The notes under the pieces: generated by a model | What the model was told of the DNA's origin: nothing | Databases searched by the model: none | What the model saw: the letters and a program-made list of their open reading frames with translations, nothing else | DNA from: Candidatus Altiarchaeota archaeon | GTDB lineage: Archaea; Altiarchaeota; Altiarchaeia; IMC4; SCGC-AAA252-I15 | DNA length: 64,000 nt | Direction of reading: 5' to 3' | Assembly (NCBI GenBank): GCA_043800705.1 | Contig: JAZDMS010000010.1 | Coordinates: forward strand, 128,001-192,000 | Program-made: the position numbers and the translations under genes | Part shown: positions 28,321 through 38,687 of the stretch, piece by piece | How positions within the stretch are numbered: the stretch's first letter is position 1 | How the letters are laid out: every line of letters begins with the position of its first letter

Positions 28321-29094
28321 CTAGGTAATTCTTCTTCTCTCCTTCATGAACGGGTATTTTTCCCTGTTCTTTCTGACATCTTCGGCCGAGATGTCGGCTG
28401 CTATGAACCCTTCCTTATCGCCTGCTTCTGCAATCACTTCCCCGTGGGGGTTGACGATCTTCGACGCGCCGAAGAATGTGTTATTCGGCGACTTCCCCGC
28501 CTGGTTGACTCCTGCGACGTAGGCCTGGCATTCGATGGCCCTCGCCTTCAGGAGGGTGTCCCAATGGGATTTTCGGGGGTTCGGCCAGTTGGCCTGGACT
28601 ATGAGCAGGTCCGCTCCCTTGTCGAGCCCGGCCTGGAACAGCCCCGGGAACCTGAGGTCGTAGCATATCGCGGTCGTTGCTGTGAATTCCCCCAGCCTGT
28701 AGGCGACGGCCGAGGGCTTGCCAAGCGAATAACCCTTGTCTTCTCCCCCGTATGTGAACAGGTGTGTCTTGTGGTATTTTGACAAGACTGTGCCTTTGGC
28801 ATCGAATGTTATCGACGTGTTCAAAGGCAGATGGCCGCCATTTTCCTCGATGTATGAGCCGACCACTGTAATCCTGTTCTCCATGGCCTGTCTGCGGAGG
28901 AACTTGAATGTCCCCCCATCCCGGCTTTCCGCGAACCTCCCCGAATCAAGTGTGACTCCGGTGGAGAAGAGCTCCGGGAGACACACCACTTCGCAGCCGT
29001 CTTCGGCTGCCTTACTTATCAGGCCTGCGGCCTTTTCGTAATTCCTCTCCTGGTCCTCCCATCCGATGTCAAGTTGGGCCAGCCCTACCCTCAT
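28321..29094 (-). CDS. carbon-nitrogen hydrolase (nitrilase superfamily)
   Basis: LPELF, YHKTHLF, ICYDLRFP, ARAIE. Confidence 0.92.
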   Translation of the reverse strand: MRVGLAQLDIGWEDQERNYEKAAGLISKAAEDGCEVVCLPELFSTGVTLDSGRFAESRDGGTFKFLRRQAMENRITVVGSYIEENGGHLPLNTSITFDAKGTVLSKYHKTHLFTYGGEDKGYSLGKPSAVAYRLGEFTATTAICYDLRFPGLFQAGLDKGADLLIVQANWPNPRKSHWDTLLKARAIECQAYVAGVNQAGKSPNNTFFGASKIVNPHGEVIAEAGDKEGFIAADISAEDVRKNREKYPFMKERRRIT

Positions 29095-29202
29095 GCTTCG
29101 GCCCCCCTATTCGTCGCATCGTCCATCGTAGAATTATTGCCTACGGTGCTTATATTTCCCCTTGGTCAATACATAGTGTTTTCGACGTTTGCAGGTGTCA
29201 AG

Positions 29203-29586
29203 ATGGAGTATCCAAACGAGCTGAAATATACCAAGGACCATGAGTGGATCAGGATCGAAGGCGATGTGGCCGTCGTCGGAGTGACCGATTATGCGCAGCA
29301 TGCGCTCGGCGATATCGTATTCGTCGAACTGCCAAAGGTGGGCGCGGACGTAGTCAAAGGCAAGGGTGCCGGCGTAGTCGAATCGGTCAAGTCGGTCTCC
29401 GACGTCTTCTCCCCCATAAGCGGGAAGGTCGTGGACGTGAACAAGGCGCTGGAATCCAGCCCCGAGACGGTCAACAAGAGCCCGTACAGGGACGGGTGGA
29501 TGTTCAAGGTCAAGGTCTCAGACAAAAAGGAGCTGGAGACCCTGATGGATTCGAAGGATTATCAGAAGCTTGTCGACAAGAAGTAA
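29203..29586 (+). CDS. gcvH: glycine cleavage system H protein
   Basis: YTKDHEW, GVTDYAQHALGDIVFVELP, VESVK (lipoyl Lys), PY.DGW. Confidence 0.97.
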   Translation: MEYPNELKYTKDHEWIRIEGDVAVVGVTDYAQHALGDIVFVELPKVGADVVKGKGAGVVESVKSVSDVFSPISGKVVDVNKALESSPETVNKSPYRDGWMFKVKVSDKKELETLMDSKDYQKLVDKK

Positions 29587-29587
29587 G

Positions 29588-30883
29588 ATGCATTACAACC
29601 CGAACAGCCCGCAGGAGCGGGAACAGATGCTCAGCCGCGTCGGTGCTAAAAAAGTAGAAGACCTGTACGCCGACATACCCGAAGGCGTGAGGCTGAAGGG
29701 CGGATTGAGGCTGCCCAAGGGGTTGAGCGAGATGCAGCTGCGCCGGCACATGGGCGAACTTGCCGGGATGAACCGGGTCAGGACGTCGTTCCTCGGCGCA
29801 GGCGCATACGAGCACCACATCCCCTCCGCAGTCGGGCATATGGTCGGCAGGAGCGAATTCTACACCGCCTACACCCCCTACCAGGCCGAAGTCAGCCAGG
29901 GAGTTTTGCAGGCGCTGTTCGAATATCAGAGCATAATGTGCGAACTAACCGGTCAGGAGGTCTCCAACGCCACCTTATATGACGGGGCCACGGCGTTGGC
30001 GGAGGCCTCCGTCATGGCGCACAACATAACAAAGCGCAATGAGATCCTCGTCTCCGACACGCTTCACCCGGAGTACCGGATGGTCTTGAAGACCTACTGC
30101 GAAGCCGGCGGCTTGGAGCTGCGGGTTGTCGCCTCCGGTGACGGCACATCGTCGAACCTTGTTCCCACGGAAAAGACCGCGGCGGTCGTGATCCAGAGCC
30201 CGAACTTCTTCGGCATAGTGGAGGACTCGGATGCGCTCCAGAAGAGGGCGCATGAGATGGGCAGCCTCCTGATAGGGTGCGTCGTAGAGGCCGCGTCCCT
30301 CGGGATGCTGAAGCCGCCGCCTGCGGACATCGTCGTCGGGGACGGCCAGTCATTCGGGAACCCGGTATCTTTCGGGGGCCCCACGTTCGGTTTCCTGACG
30401 ACAAGCATGAAATACGTCCGGCATGTGCCCGGGCGGCTGGTGGGGGAGACCGCCGACTCGGACGGGAAAAGGGGATATGTTCTCACCCTCCAGGCCAGGG
30501 AGCAGCACATCCGCAGGGAGAAGGCGACCTCTAACATATGCACCGCGCAGAGCCTCTGCGGCATCGCGGCAGCGGCCCATATCGCGCTATTGGGGCCGGA
30601 AGGCCTGAAGCGGATGAGTATGAACTCCCACAAGAATGCCGTATACCTTGCCGGAAGGCTCTCGAAGCTCAAAGGTTTCTCCTTGGTCTACAAGAAGCCG
30701 TTCTTCAACGAGTTCGTCCTGCGCTGCCCTGAAGGGACTTATGGGAGGCTTCGGACGGCGGGGTTCACACCGGGCCTGGAACTCGGAAGGTTCTATCCCG
30801 GGCTCAAGGGATGCCTCCTGTTATGTACGACGGAGGTCCACTCGAAGTCCGAGCTGGACGCGGTCGCGGAGGCGCTGGGATGA
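29588..30883 (+). CDS. gcvPA: glycine dehydrogenase subunit 1
   Basis: [31 protein letters not shown]. Confidence 0.96.
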   Translation: MHYNPNSPQEREQMLSRVGAKKVEDLYADIPEGVRLKGGLRLPKGLSEMQLRRHMGELAGMNRVRTSFLGAGAYEHHIPSAVGHMVGRSEFYTAYTPYQAEVSQGVLQALFEYQSIMCELTGQEVSNATLYDGATALAEASVMAHNITKRNEILVSDTLHPEYRMVLKTYCEAGGLELRVVASGDGTSSNLVPTEKTAAVVIQSPNFFGIVEDSDALQKRAHEMGSLLIGCVVEAASLGMLKPPPADIVVGDGQSFGNPVSFGGPTFGFLTTSMKYVRHVPGRLVGETADSDGKRGYVLTLQAREQHIRREKATSNICTAQSLCGIAAAAHIALLGPEGLKRMSMNSHKNAVYLAGRLSKLKGFSLVYKKPFFNEFVLRCPEGTYGRLRTAGFTPGLELGRFYPGLKGCLLLCTTEVHSKSELDAVAEALG

Positions 30884-32322
30884 ACACGCTCATGGAGGAT
30901 TCGGTGAAGGGACGTGTCGGCGTGCTCCCTGCCGAGTCGGAGGTCGACGTCGCGGTCGGCGTCCCGAAGGCGATGCTCAGGGATTCGCTGAGGCTGCCGG
31001 AGCTGGGCGAAGTCGACGTCGTTAGGCACTACACTAACCTCTCCAGGCTGAACTTCGGCCTCGACACGGGATTCTACCCCCTTGGTTCCTGCACGATGAA
31101 GTACAATCCGAAGGTCAACGAGGACGTTGCGCGCCTTGACGGATTCTCCAGGATCCATCCCTACCAGGACGAGAGTGATGTCCAGGGTGCGCTGAAGGTC
31201 ATGCACGGGCTGGAAAAGGCATTGTGCGAAATAACGGGCATGGATGCCTTCACCCTGCAACCGTCGGCGGGCGCCCACGGGGAATTGGCGGGCGTGATGG
31301 TGATAAGGGCGTATTTCACGGACAGGAGGCAGGAGCGCAGGAAGATCCTGGTGCCTGACTCCAGTCACGGCACGAATCCGGCGACAGCCGCATACTGCGG
31401 ATACGAAGTCATCACGATTAAGTCGAAGGAGGACGGGAACCTCGACCTCGACGACCTGGCGGCCAACATGTCTGAGGACGTGGCCGGCCTCATGCTCACC
31501 AACCCGAACACACTGGGGCTTTTCGACCGAAACATATCCAGGATAACGGAGATAGTCCACGCGAAGGGGGGGCTCGTCTACTATGACGGGGCTAACATGA
31601 ACCCGATCATGGGCTTCGCAAGGCCTGGCGACATGGGATACGACCTAGTCCACATAAACCTGCACAAGACCTTCTCCACTCCGCACGGGGGCGGCGGGCC
31701 CGGTTCGGGGCCGGTCGGGGTCGTGAAGGCTCTTGCCCCGTATCTGCCAGTCCCGAGGGTGGTCGAGAAAGGCGGCAAGTATTCCTTGTCCTATGATGCG
31801 CCGAAGTCCATCGGGAAGGTGAGGGCGTTCCACGGCAGCTTCGGGATAATCGTCAGGGCGTACGCATACGTCATGGCGCTGGGGGCGGAGGGCTTGAAGG
31901 ACGCGAGCGCCCAGGCGGTGCTGAACGCGAACTACCTGATGTCGCTTCTGAAGGGCCACTATGACCTTCCTTTCGAGCGCGTGTGCATGCACGAGTTCGT
32001 GCTTTCCGGGCGGAAGCAGGCGTATGAGTACGGCGTGCACACCCTCGACATAGGAAAGCGCCTCCTAGACTACGGGTTCCACGCCCCGACCATATACTTC
32101 CCCCTCATCGTGGAGGAGGCGATAATGATCGAGCCGACGGAGACTGAGAACAAGGCTACCCTGGACGGATTCGCAGAGGCAATGATCGAGATTGCCGACG
32201 AATGCCGGACTGCCCCTGATACTGTGAAAGCCGCGCCCCAAAAGACGCCGGTCAAGAGGCTCGACAACACGCTTGCCGCTAGGCATCCTGTGCTTTCCTG
32301 GAGCCAGACACGCAACAAGTGA
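30880..32322 (+). CDS. gcvPB: glycine dehydrogenase subunit 2
   Basis: [34 protein letters not shown]; ATGA overlap with gcvPA. Confidence 0.96.
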   Translation: MNTLMEDSVKGRVGVLPAESEVDVAVGVPKAMLRDSLRLPELGEVDVVRHYTNLSRLNFGLDTGFYPLGSCTMKYNPKVNEDVARLDGFSRIHPYQDESDVQGALKVMHGLEKALCEITGMDAFTLQPSAGAHGELAGVMVIRAYFTDRRQERRKILVPDSSHGTNPATAAYCGYEVITIKSKEDGNLDLDDLAANMSEDVAGLMLTNPNTLGLFDRNISRITEIVHAKGGLVYYDGANMNPIMGFARPGDMGYDLVHINLHKTFSTPHGGGGPGSGPVGVVKALAPYLPVPRVVEKGGKYSLSYDAPKSIGKVRAFHGSFGIIVRAYAYVMALGAEGLKDASAQAVLNANYLMSLLKGHYDLPFERVCMHEFVLSGRKQAYEYGVHTLDIGKRLLDYGFHAPTIYFPLIVEEAIMIEPTETENKATLDGFAEAMIEIADECRTAPDTVKAAPQKTPVKRLDNTLAARHPVLSWSQTRNK

Positions 32323-32356
32323 CCGGATATTAATTCCTGCTCGGATAGTATTAGGG

Positions 32357-34618
32357 ATGGGAAAAAGACCGGATATGTCGGGCCTGATCAGGCGGTATTC
32401 TCCAGTCTTCCTTCTCCTGGCTTTCGCGGTCCTGGGCTCGTACTTCGTCGTCTACAGCGGGCCTACAGGCGGAGGCCTGTCCTGGTTCTTCTCATCCGAT
32501 CCCGGCTGCGGAAGAGACTACTGGATGGACGGCAACTGGTCGAAGGCCAGTATCCCCTACGTGTCGGCTTCCCCTCCAAAGAACTCATGCTTCATCGGGG
32601 TCGGGCCGGTGCCCGAAAATCTCGTGGTCAGGGCTGAAGACCTGGTGACGGCAGCATTTGCCGACGGGAACAGGATATATTCTAATACGGCGGGCAATAT
32701 GCGCTGCGTCGACTGCGCAGGCAGGCAGATCAACGTTGGGGAAGGGCATGGGTGGGTCCTTTTCGACGTCGCCAAATTCGGCGGCATGCTGCGTTTCGAC
32801 GCATATCCCGTGAAACCGACGCCTGAGGTCCAGATCATCGCATTGGCGCTGATCATCGCATTCCTCCTTATCACCCCTGAAGGGACGTTAAAGCGGGCGT
32901 CGACCGTCGCGGCCGTGGCCTTCCTCGCGGGCGTATCGTTCCTTCTGCCTATATATGAGAACGTCGGATACTGGGGGCGGGGGGACTGGGATTACGTGTT
33001 CACCAATATCGCGGTGGTGGGAAACGTCCTGATGCAGCAGCATCAGCTGCCTTTCTGGAACCCATACCTCTGCGGAGGTTCGCCGCTGCTCGGGTTCCCG
33101 GGATGGATAAAGGCGGATCCCTTCCTGATCGTCCCTTTCGTGCTGGGTGTTGTCGCCGGCGTGAAGGTCAATCTCCTGCTTTTCACGATGGTCGGAATGT
33201 TCGGGTGCCATCTATTGGCCTCCTTTCTTAGGATCAGGACAATATCGCGCTATCATCTGTCTGTCGTCTTCATGTTTAGCGGGTTCTTCGCCTACAGGCT
33301 GTATGAAGGTCACTACCAGTATTTTGCGCTCATGTACCTGCCCTACATCACCCTGTTTCTCCTGAAATCGTTCAACGACCTGAGGCATGCGCTGGCGCTC
33401 TCCCTGTTTATAGCATTATTCGTCCTATTCGCGCATCCGATCATGGACGTGTTCCTGGGGCTGTTCCTCGCCTCCATATCCGTCGCAGAGGCTGCCGTCA
33501 CGGCTTCCAGGAGGGGCGCATCGAAACCATGGTGGAGGCCGTTGGCAGCCCCGGCAGTCGCGTGCGGACTTGCATGCCTGCTTCTGGCATTCCTCCTCTT
33601 GCCGGAACTCGAATTTTCCCTCTTGCATCCAAGACAGCTTATAGAAAAGCTGCTTCCCGACTTCGACATTCAGCTTCTATACTCTTCGCTTGCCAGGGCT
33701 CCCACCGATCCGTTGGTTCCGAAGTGGTGGGGCTGGCATGAGTTCGGCGGCTTCATAGGCATACCCGCACTCATGCTGTCGTTTTTCGGATTCGTTGCAT
33801 CGCTGCGCAGAGGGGGACTGTTGGGGCCGGCTGTCGCCCTCGTCGTCTTCCTCCTTATCATCCTCGGATCAAACTCCCCTTTCGACCTGTGGGGTTTGTT
33901 GCATGATCTGCCGATGGTTCACTCGCTTCGCGACCCCGAACGGGGGATAGGTTTCGTTGTATTCATCCTGGCGATATATTCCTCCATCGGCCTATCCGGC
34001 CTTGAGGGGCGGTTTCCCCGCATTGCCAATGTGGTTTTCGCAGCATCGTTCGCCCTCATTTTCCTGTCGAACACCCAACTGCTATACGGCGTGTTCGGCG
34101 TCATACCCTACGATGTCGCGGGATCGGCTGATGGTTTCCGTCAGATAAAGTATCCGCTCACGCAGGGGGCGTACTCCAACATGTACCCCTACATAGGCGC
34201 CGGGGTCGGCTTGACGAATTGCTATTCTTCCGGGCTCCTAGAGCGGCGGACGACATCCGATACTCAGCAGGCGTACCGGGGCGAGGCATATCTCCTCGGA
34301 TCCAGAGGGACCGCTGCATTGTCGGCATTTTCCCAGAATTCGTTCACCGTGGACGTCGATGCCGCCGGCGACGACCTGCTAATAGTCAACCAGAACTATG
34401 AGCAGAATTGGAGAGTAGAAGGCGGCTTTGTCAGGGAATACAAGGGCCTCATCGCAGCCAACGTCACATCAGGGAGGCACCAGATGAGGTTCTATTACCT
34501 GCCTTGGGCCTTCCTTGCAGGTTGCGTATTGAGCATTGCGGGGCTTTTCGCATTCGCATATCTCGCAAGGAAATACGGGCTCGGTCCTTTCCGCCCGGAG
34601 GCGGACGATGGACGGTAG
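32357..34618 (+). CDS. YfhO-like GT-C fold membrane protein
   Basis: GDWD, PFWNPYLCGGSP, EGH, RDPER, NQNYEQNW; many TM; overlaps the lipA start. Confidence 0.7.
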   Translation: MGKRPDMSGLIRRYSPVFLLLAFAVLGSYFVVYSGPTGGGLSWFFSSDPGCGRDYWMDGNWSKASIPYVSASPPKNSCFIGVGPVPENLVVRAEDLVTAAFADGNRIYSNTAGNMRCVDCAGRQINVGEGHGWVLFDVAKFGGMLRFDAYPVKPTPEVQIIALALIIAFLLITPEGTLKRASTVAAVAFLAGVSFLLPIYENVGYWGRGDWDYVFTNIAVVGNVLMQQHQLPFWNPYLCGGSPLLGFPGWIKADPFLIVPFVLGVVAGVKVNLLLFTMVGMFGCHLLASFLRIRTISRYHLSVVFMFSGFFAYRLYEGHYQYFALMYLPYITLFLLKSFNDLRHALALSLFIALFVLFAHPIMDVFLGLFLASISVAEAAVTASRRGASKPWWRPLAAPAVACGLACLLLAFLLLPELEFSLLHPRQLIEKLLPDFDIQLLYSSLARAPTDPLVPKWWGWHEFGGFIGIPALMLSFFGFVASLRRGGLLGPAVALVVFLLIILGSNSPFDLWGLLHDLPMVHSLRDPERGIGFVVFILAIYSSIGLSGLEGRFPRIANVVFAASFALIFLSNTQLLYGVFGVIPYDVAGSADGFRQIKYPLTQGAYSNMYPYIGAGVGLTNCYSSGLLERRTTSDTQQAYRGEAYLLGSRGTAALSAFSQNSFTVDVDAAGDDLLIVNQNYEQNWRVEGGFVREYKGLIAANVTSGRHQMRFYYLPWAFLAGCVLSIAGLFAFAYLARKYGLGPFRPEADDGR

Positions 34619-35441
34619 GAAGCCTCCGTGGCTGAAGGTCAGATTGGGCGGGTCCGGGGAATACCCTCACGTGCACAGCAGCATAAAACGTCACGGCCTC
34701 CACACTGTCTGCGAGGAGGCCCGCTGCCCGAACATGGGTGAATGCTGGGGGTGCGGGACGGCCACCTTCCTGATCATGGGCGAGCTCTGCACCAGAAACT
34801 GCAGGTTCTGCGCGGTGAAGACGGGCGCAAGCGGTTCCCCTCTCGATGGGCGGGAGCCCGCCGAACTGGCGGCCTGCGTCAAGGAACTCGGCATCAGATA
34901 CGCGGTGATCACGTCAGTCGACCGCGACGACCTGCCGGACAAGGGTGCGGGACACTTTGCGGAATGCATCAAGGCCCTGAAATCCACGGGAGCCAGGGTG
35001 GAGGCGCTCATACCCGACTATGCCGGAAAGAGCATCTCAACAGTCGTCGCAGCCGGGCCTGATGTGCTGGCGCATAATATCGAAGTCGTGAAGAGGCTTC
35101 AGGGCCTTAGAGATGCGAGGGCGTCGTATGAGAAAAGCCTGGAGACGCTGCGGCTTGCCAAGACTGAAGGCAGTAGACTGAAGACAAAGTCGTCGATAAT
35201 GCTCGGCCTCGGCGAGACGGATTCCGAGGTGCTTGAGGCGATGGACGGCCTGCGGTCGGTCGGCTGCGACCACCTGACCATCGGCCAGTACCTGCAGCCT
35301 ACGAGGAGGCAGGTGCCTGTGGCGGAGTACGTCAGCCCGGAGAAATTCAGGGAATATGCGGACGCAGCATCTGGCCGGGGATTCAGCAGGGTCGTCTCGG
35401 AACCGCTCGCCAGGACCAGCTACAAGGCAGGGGAAAAATGA
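34608..35441 (+). CDS. lipA: lipoyl synthase
   Basis: KPPWLK, CEEARCPNMGECW, CTRNCRFC, TIGQYLQP, RTSY. Confidence 0.96.
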   Translation: MDGRKPPWLKVRLGGSGEYPHVHSSIKRHGLHTVCEEARCPNMGECWGCGTATFLIMGELCTRNCRFCAVKTGASGSPLDGREPAELAACVKELGIRYAVITSVDRDDLPDKGAGHFAECIKALKSTGARVEALIPDYAGKSISTVVAAGPDVLAHNIEVVKRLQGLRDARASYEKSLETLRLAKTEGSRLKTKSSIMLGLGETDSEVLEAMDGLRSVGCDHLTIGQYLQPTRRQVPVAEYVSPEKFREYADAASGRGFSRVVSEPLARTSYKAGEK

Positions 35442-35445
35442 ACCG

Positions 35446-35631
35446 TCACATCCTCGCCTTGCAGAACAGCGCAATGAGTATCACAAGGCCGATGAGCGAA
35501 TACGGCCAAGGCGCGAGTATCCCTACGGACAGGCCGATCAGGTACAGGGCCATCCCGCCCGGTGTCTGCAGCGGGCAGCATCCGTCTTTGCATGTCTTCC
35601 CCGTTTTCGTGACGCTTGGTTCTTCACTCAT
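35446..35631 (-). CDS. small 2-TM protein with CxxxCC
   Basis: MSEEPSVTKTGKTCKDGCCPLQTPGGMALYLIG…; ATGAGTGA coupling with the upstream ORF. Confidence 0.55.
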   Translation of the reverse strand: MSEEPSVTKTGKTCKDGCCPLQTPGGMALYLIGLSVGILAPWPYSLIGLVILIALFCKARM

Positions 35632-35815
35632 CGCTGTCGCCCCCAGAGGAGGATTCACTGCCAAAGGAGCTATCCCCTGAGGATGAGCTTTCCCCGCCGG
35701 ACTCGGATGGGCTGCTGTCTCCGCCGTCCAAGCCCCTGCTTATGATCTCGACCCCCTTGGAGACTATGTGCAGCCTGCCCAAGCTCCCCAGAATGTCGGA
35801 TATCGGCCCGCCCAT
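35624..35815 (-). CDS. small Ser/Gly/acidic hypothetical protein
   Basis: MGGPISDILGSLGRLHIVSKGVEIISRGLDGGDSSPSESGG…; fills the lipA-lplB gap. Confidence 0.45.
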   Translation of the reverse strand: MGGPISDILGSLGRLHIVSKGVEIISRGLDGGDSSPSESGGESSSSGDSSFGSESSSGGDSDE

Positions 35816-35845
35816 GTTTAATATGATTCCGTTCAATACTATAAA

Positions 35846-36118
35846 GTGATCGGCAAAGTCGTCCACAAGGTGCCTGGCGGCAAGCTACTGAAAGTCACCG
35901 TCGAACATGACGGGAAGTCCATCCTGAAGGCCAGCATAAGCGGAGATTTCTTCATACATCCGGAGGACTCCGTCGACCGCCTGGAGGCGAGGCTGAGGGA
36001 TGCGAAGCCTCTGGAGGTCGGCAAAATAGTGGAGTCCAGCCTGTCGGGTGCGAGGCTGTTCGGCGTCGACGCAAAATCGATAACGGATGCGATACTGGAG
36101 GCTTACGGTGGAGTGTAG
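35846..36118 (+). CDS. lplB: lipoate-protein ligase accessory subunit (LplA C-terminal domain)
   Basis: KVPGGKLLKV, ISGDFFIHPE. Confidence 0.88.
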   Translation: MIGKVVHKVPGGKLLKVTVEHDGKSILKASISGDFFIHPEDSVDRLEARLRDAKPLEVGKIVESSLSGARLFGVDAKSITDAILEAYGGV

Positions 36119-36860
36119 GTTCATAGACAGCGGCGTGGGTAAGGCATACTTTAACATGGGCCTCGACGAAGCGATCCTGGAGCATGTATCCGATTCCAGA
36201 AGCCCTGCTACGCTGAGGTTTTACGGGTGGGCTCCGCGGGCGGTATCCATCGGATACTTCCAGAGCATGCGGGAGGAGGTCGACGTCGACGCCTGCTTCA
36301 AGGACGGCGTAGATGTGGTCCGCAGGATAACCGGCGGCGGCGCGGTCTATCACGACCGGGAGCTGACATACAGTTACATCGCGAAGGAAGATGCGGTCCC
36401 GGACGACATCCTGGAATCGTACAGGCTCATATGCGGCGGCCTAATCCGCGGATTCAATGGGTTGGGGCTCAAGGCGGAGTTCGCGCCCCTCAACGACATA
36501 CTCTCGGGCGGCAGGAAGATCAGCGGAAACGCCCAGACGAGGCGGATGGGCTGCGTCATGCAGCATGGCACGATCCTCCTTGACGTGGACGTTGATAGGA
36601 TGTTCCGCTACCTAAAGGTCCCGTCTGAGAAGATGCGGGACAAGGCGGTCAAAGACGTCAAGGAGAGGGTCACGTCACTGAAGCATCTGACCGGCAAGGA
36701 AGTCCCCTGCGGGAAGGCGGCCGAGGCCTTCAAGAAGGGATTCGCGGAGGCGTTGAAGCTCAGACTGAAGCCGGCCTCTCCCACACCGTCTGAACTCGCG
36801 CAGGCCCAGAGCCTCGCGGAATGCAAATATTTCACCCTGGAATGGAACGATAAAAGATGA
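36108..36860 (+). CDS. lplA: lipoate-protein ligase catalytic subunit
   Basis: NMGLDEA, SIGYFQ, RRITGGGAVYHD, KISGNAQ, QHGT. Confidence 0.93.
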   Translation: MECRFIDSGVGKAYFNMGLDEAILEHVSDSRSPATLRFYGWAPRAVSIGYFQSMREEVDVDACFKDGVDVVRRITGGGAVYHDRELTYSYIAKEDAVPDDILESYRLICGGLIRGFNGLGLKAEFAPLNDILSGGRKISGNAQTRRMGCVMQHGTILLDVDVDRMFRYLKVPSEKMRDKAVKDVKERVTSLKHLTGKEVPCGKAAEAFKKGFAEALKLRLKPASPTPSELAQAQSLAECKYFTLEWNDKR

Positions 36861-38179
36861 AATACGATGCGATAATAATCGGGGCGGGTCCTGGCGGCTG
36901 CGAGACTGCATTATGGATACACCGCCTTGGGGGGCGGGCCGTACTCGTGGAAAAGGGAGAGGTAGGTGGCGTCTGCACGAACCGCGGATGCATACCCACA
37001 AAGGCCATGGCCTCAGGATGCGAGGCTCTCGATTCGGTAAAGCGTGCGGGGGAGTTCGGCATCGAAACAGGGCAGCCCAAGGTTGACCCGGAAGCCCTCT
37101 TCAAGCGGAGGGACCGCGTATGCCTGACCCTGCGGAAGGGGGTCGAGAAGCTCCTTTCTGACGCCGGCGTCGAGGTGTTCAGAGGCGAAGGCAGAATCAC
37201 GTCTGCGAACACGGTGGAAGCTGCGGGAAAGCCGCTGGAGGGAAAGGCATTGGTCATCGCGACAGGTTCGACGCCCGTAGGCCTGCCGGGGATGGAAATA
37301 GACCACGAATATGTGCTCTCCGGGGACGACGCCGCGACATCGAAGACGCTGCCGAAGGCGGTCGTCATCGTCGGCGGAGGCTTCATCGGATGCGAGTACG
37401 CATCCATCTACGCCAGGCTCGGCTGCAAGGTGACCCTCATAGAAGCATTAAACCGCATCCTCCCGTCGGAAGACGAGGAGATATCTGCGGCGCTGCAGGC
37501 CTCCCTCTCCAAACAGGCCGATATACTCGTCGGCATCAGGGTGGATTCGATAGATAAAAAAGCAAAGGACGTGACTGCGGGCGGCAGACGGATACCTGCC
37601 GACCTCGTTCTCATGGCCGTCGGAAGGCGACCTCTCATGCCCGCAGGCCTCGAAGGGACCGGGGTGGCAGTCGACAGATCAGGGATCAAAGTGGACAAGG
37701 CCATGCGGACCAACGTCGAGGGCGTCTTCGCCGTCGGCGATGCCGCCGCGGGTTTGAAGCTGGCCCACGTCGCCTACGCAGGGGCGGAGGCCGCGGCAAG
37801 GAACATCATGGGCGAGCATTTTGAAGCTGATTTCTCTGCCATCCCATGGTGCGTTTTCACATCGCCGGAGGTCGCGCGCGTCGGCTTGGCGCAGAATGAG
37901 GCGAAGACGCCGGTGCGCACGGGCAGGTCGGAATACATTGAAAACGGGAAGGCAAGATGCCAGGGGGAGCGGGAAGGATTCTGCAAGGTAGTGGCTGACG
38001 AAGCAACTGGCGCACTTATTGGGGTCCACTTCATCGGCGCCCACGCGTCCGACCTCATCGGGGAGGCGTCGCTGGCTGTGCGTATGAAGATGACCTGCCG
38101 AGAAATCGCCAAGACGATACACCCGCATCCCACGCTTTCCGAACTCTTGCCCGAAGCATGCCGCAAGGCCGGTTTCTAA
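36857..38179 (+). CDS. lpdA: dihydrolipoyl dehydrogenase (GCS L protein)
   Basis: GAGPGG, GGVCTNRGCIP, GGGFIG, HPHPTLSE. Confidence 0.93.
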   Translation: MKYDAIIIGAGPGGCETALWIHRLGGRAVLVEKGEVGGVCTNRGCIPTKAMASGCEALDSVKRAGEFGIETGQPKVDPEALFKRRDRVCLTLRKGVEKLLSDAGVEVFRGEGRITSANTVEAAGKPLEGKALVIATGSTPVGLPGMEIDHEYVLSGDDAATSKTLPKAVVIVGGGFIGCEYASIYARLGCKVTLIEALNRILPSEDEEISAALQASLSKQADILVGIRVDSIDKKAKDVTAGGRRIPADLVLMAVGRRPLMPAGLEGTGVAVDRSGIKVDKAMRTNVEGVFAVGDAAAGLKLAHVAYAGAEAAARNIMGEHFEADFSAIPWCVFTSPEVARVGLAQNEAKTPVRTGRSEYIENGKARCQGEREGFCKVVADEATGALIGVHFIGAHASDLIGEASLAVRMKMTCREIAKTIHPHPTLSELLPEACRKAGF

Positions 38180-38655
38180 GACTCGATGTTGCCCCAGATC
38201 CTTCCGGAACTCTGATAGACGTTCTCGGCGGTCCTGTTGTCCTTATAGAGGATGACTATCTGGGCGTCGAACCTCCTGCCCGACGAATCGCCCCACTCCG
38301 GCTTGGCCAACTGCATTGTCCAGGACTTGCCGGGCATGACGATGCAATTCTGAAGGAGACATAGTATCTCCATAGACTGCTGGTCGATGGTTGCGTTATA
38401 GGACATGATGGACAGGTTGGCGCCTGCGTTGTTGACGAAACTGACCTCCAAAAGGCCGTCCGAATGGAGGATAAACTCGTTTCCGTTCTGGATGACGAGC
38501 CCGAAGAAGCCGAAACTTCCGGGGTCGATGTTCTGGCCCATGCTGAAAAGGCCCCACTGCCACATCACGACCAATACTATGAGGATGGTGATCAGGACCC
38601 ACCCATAGGTCATCAGGAACTCGAGGGAAGCCTGCCCCCTGCGGTTGTTTGTCAT
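38176..38655 (-). CDS. class III signal peptide (archaeal pilin-like) protein
   Basis: RRG/QASLEFLMTYGW followed by a hydrophobic helix. Confidence 0.85.
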   Translation of the reverse strand: MTNNRRGQASLEFLMTYGWVLITILIVLVVMWQWGLFSMGQNIDPGSFGFFGLVIQNGNEFILHSDGLLEVSFVNNAGANLSIMSYNATIDQQSMEILCLLQNCIVMPGKSWTMQLAKPEWGDSSGRRFDAQIVILYKDNRTAENVYQSSGRIWGNIES

Positions 38656-38687
38656 CAATATCAACTTAGGTGCAGAAGAATAAAAGA

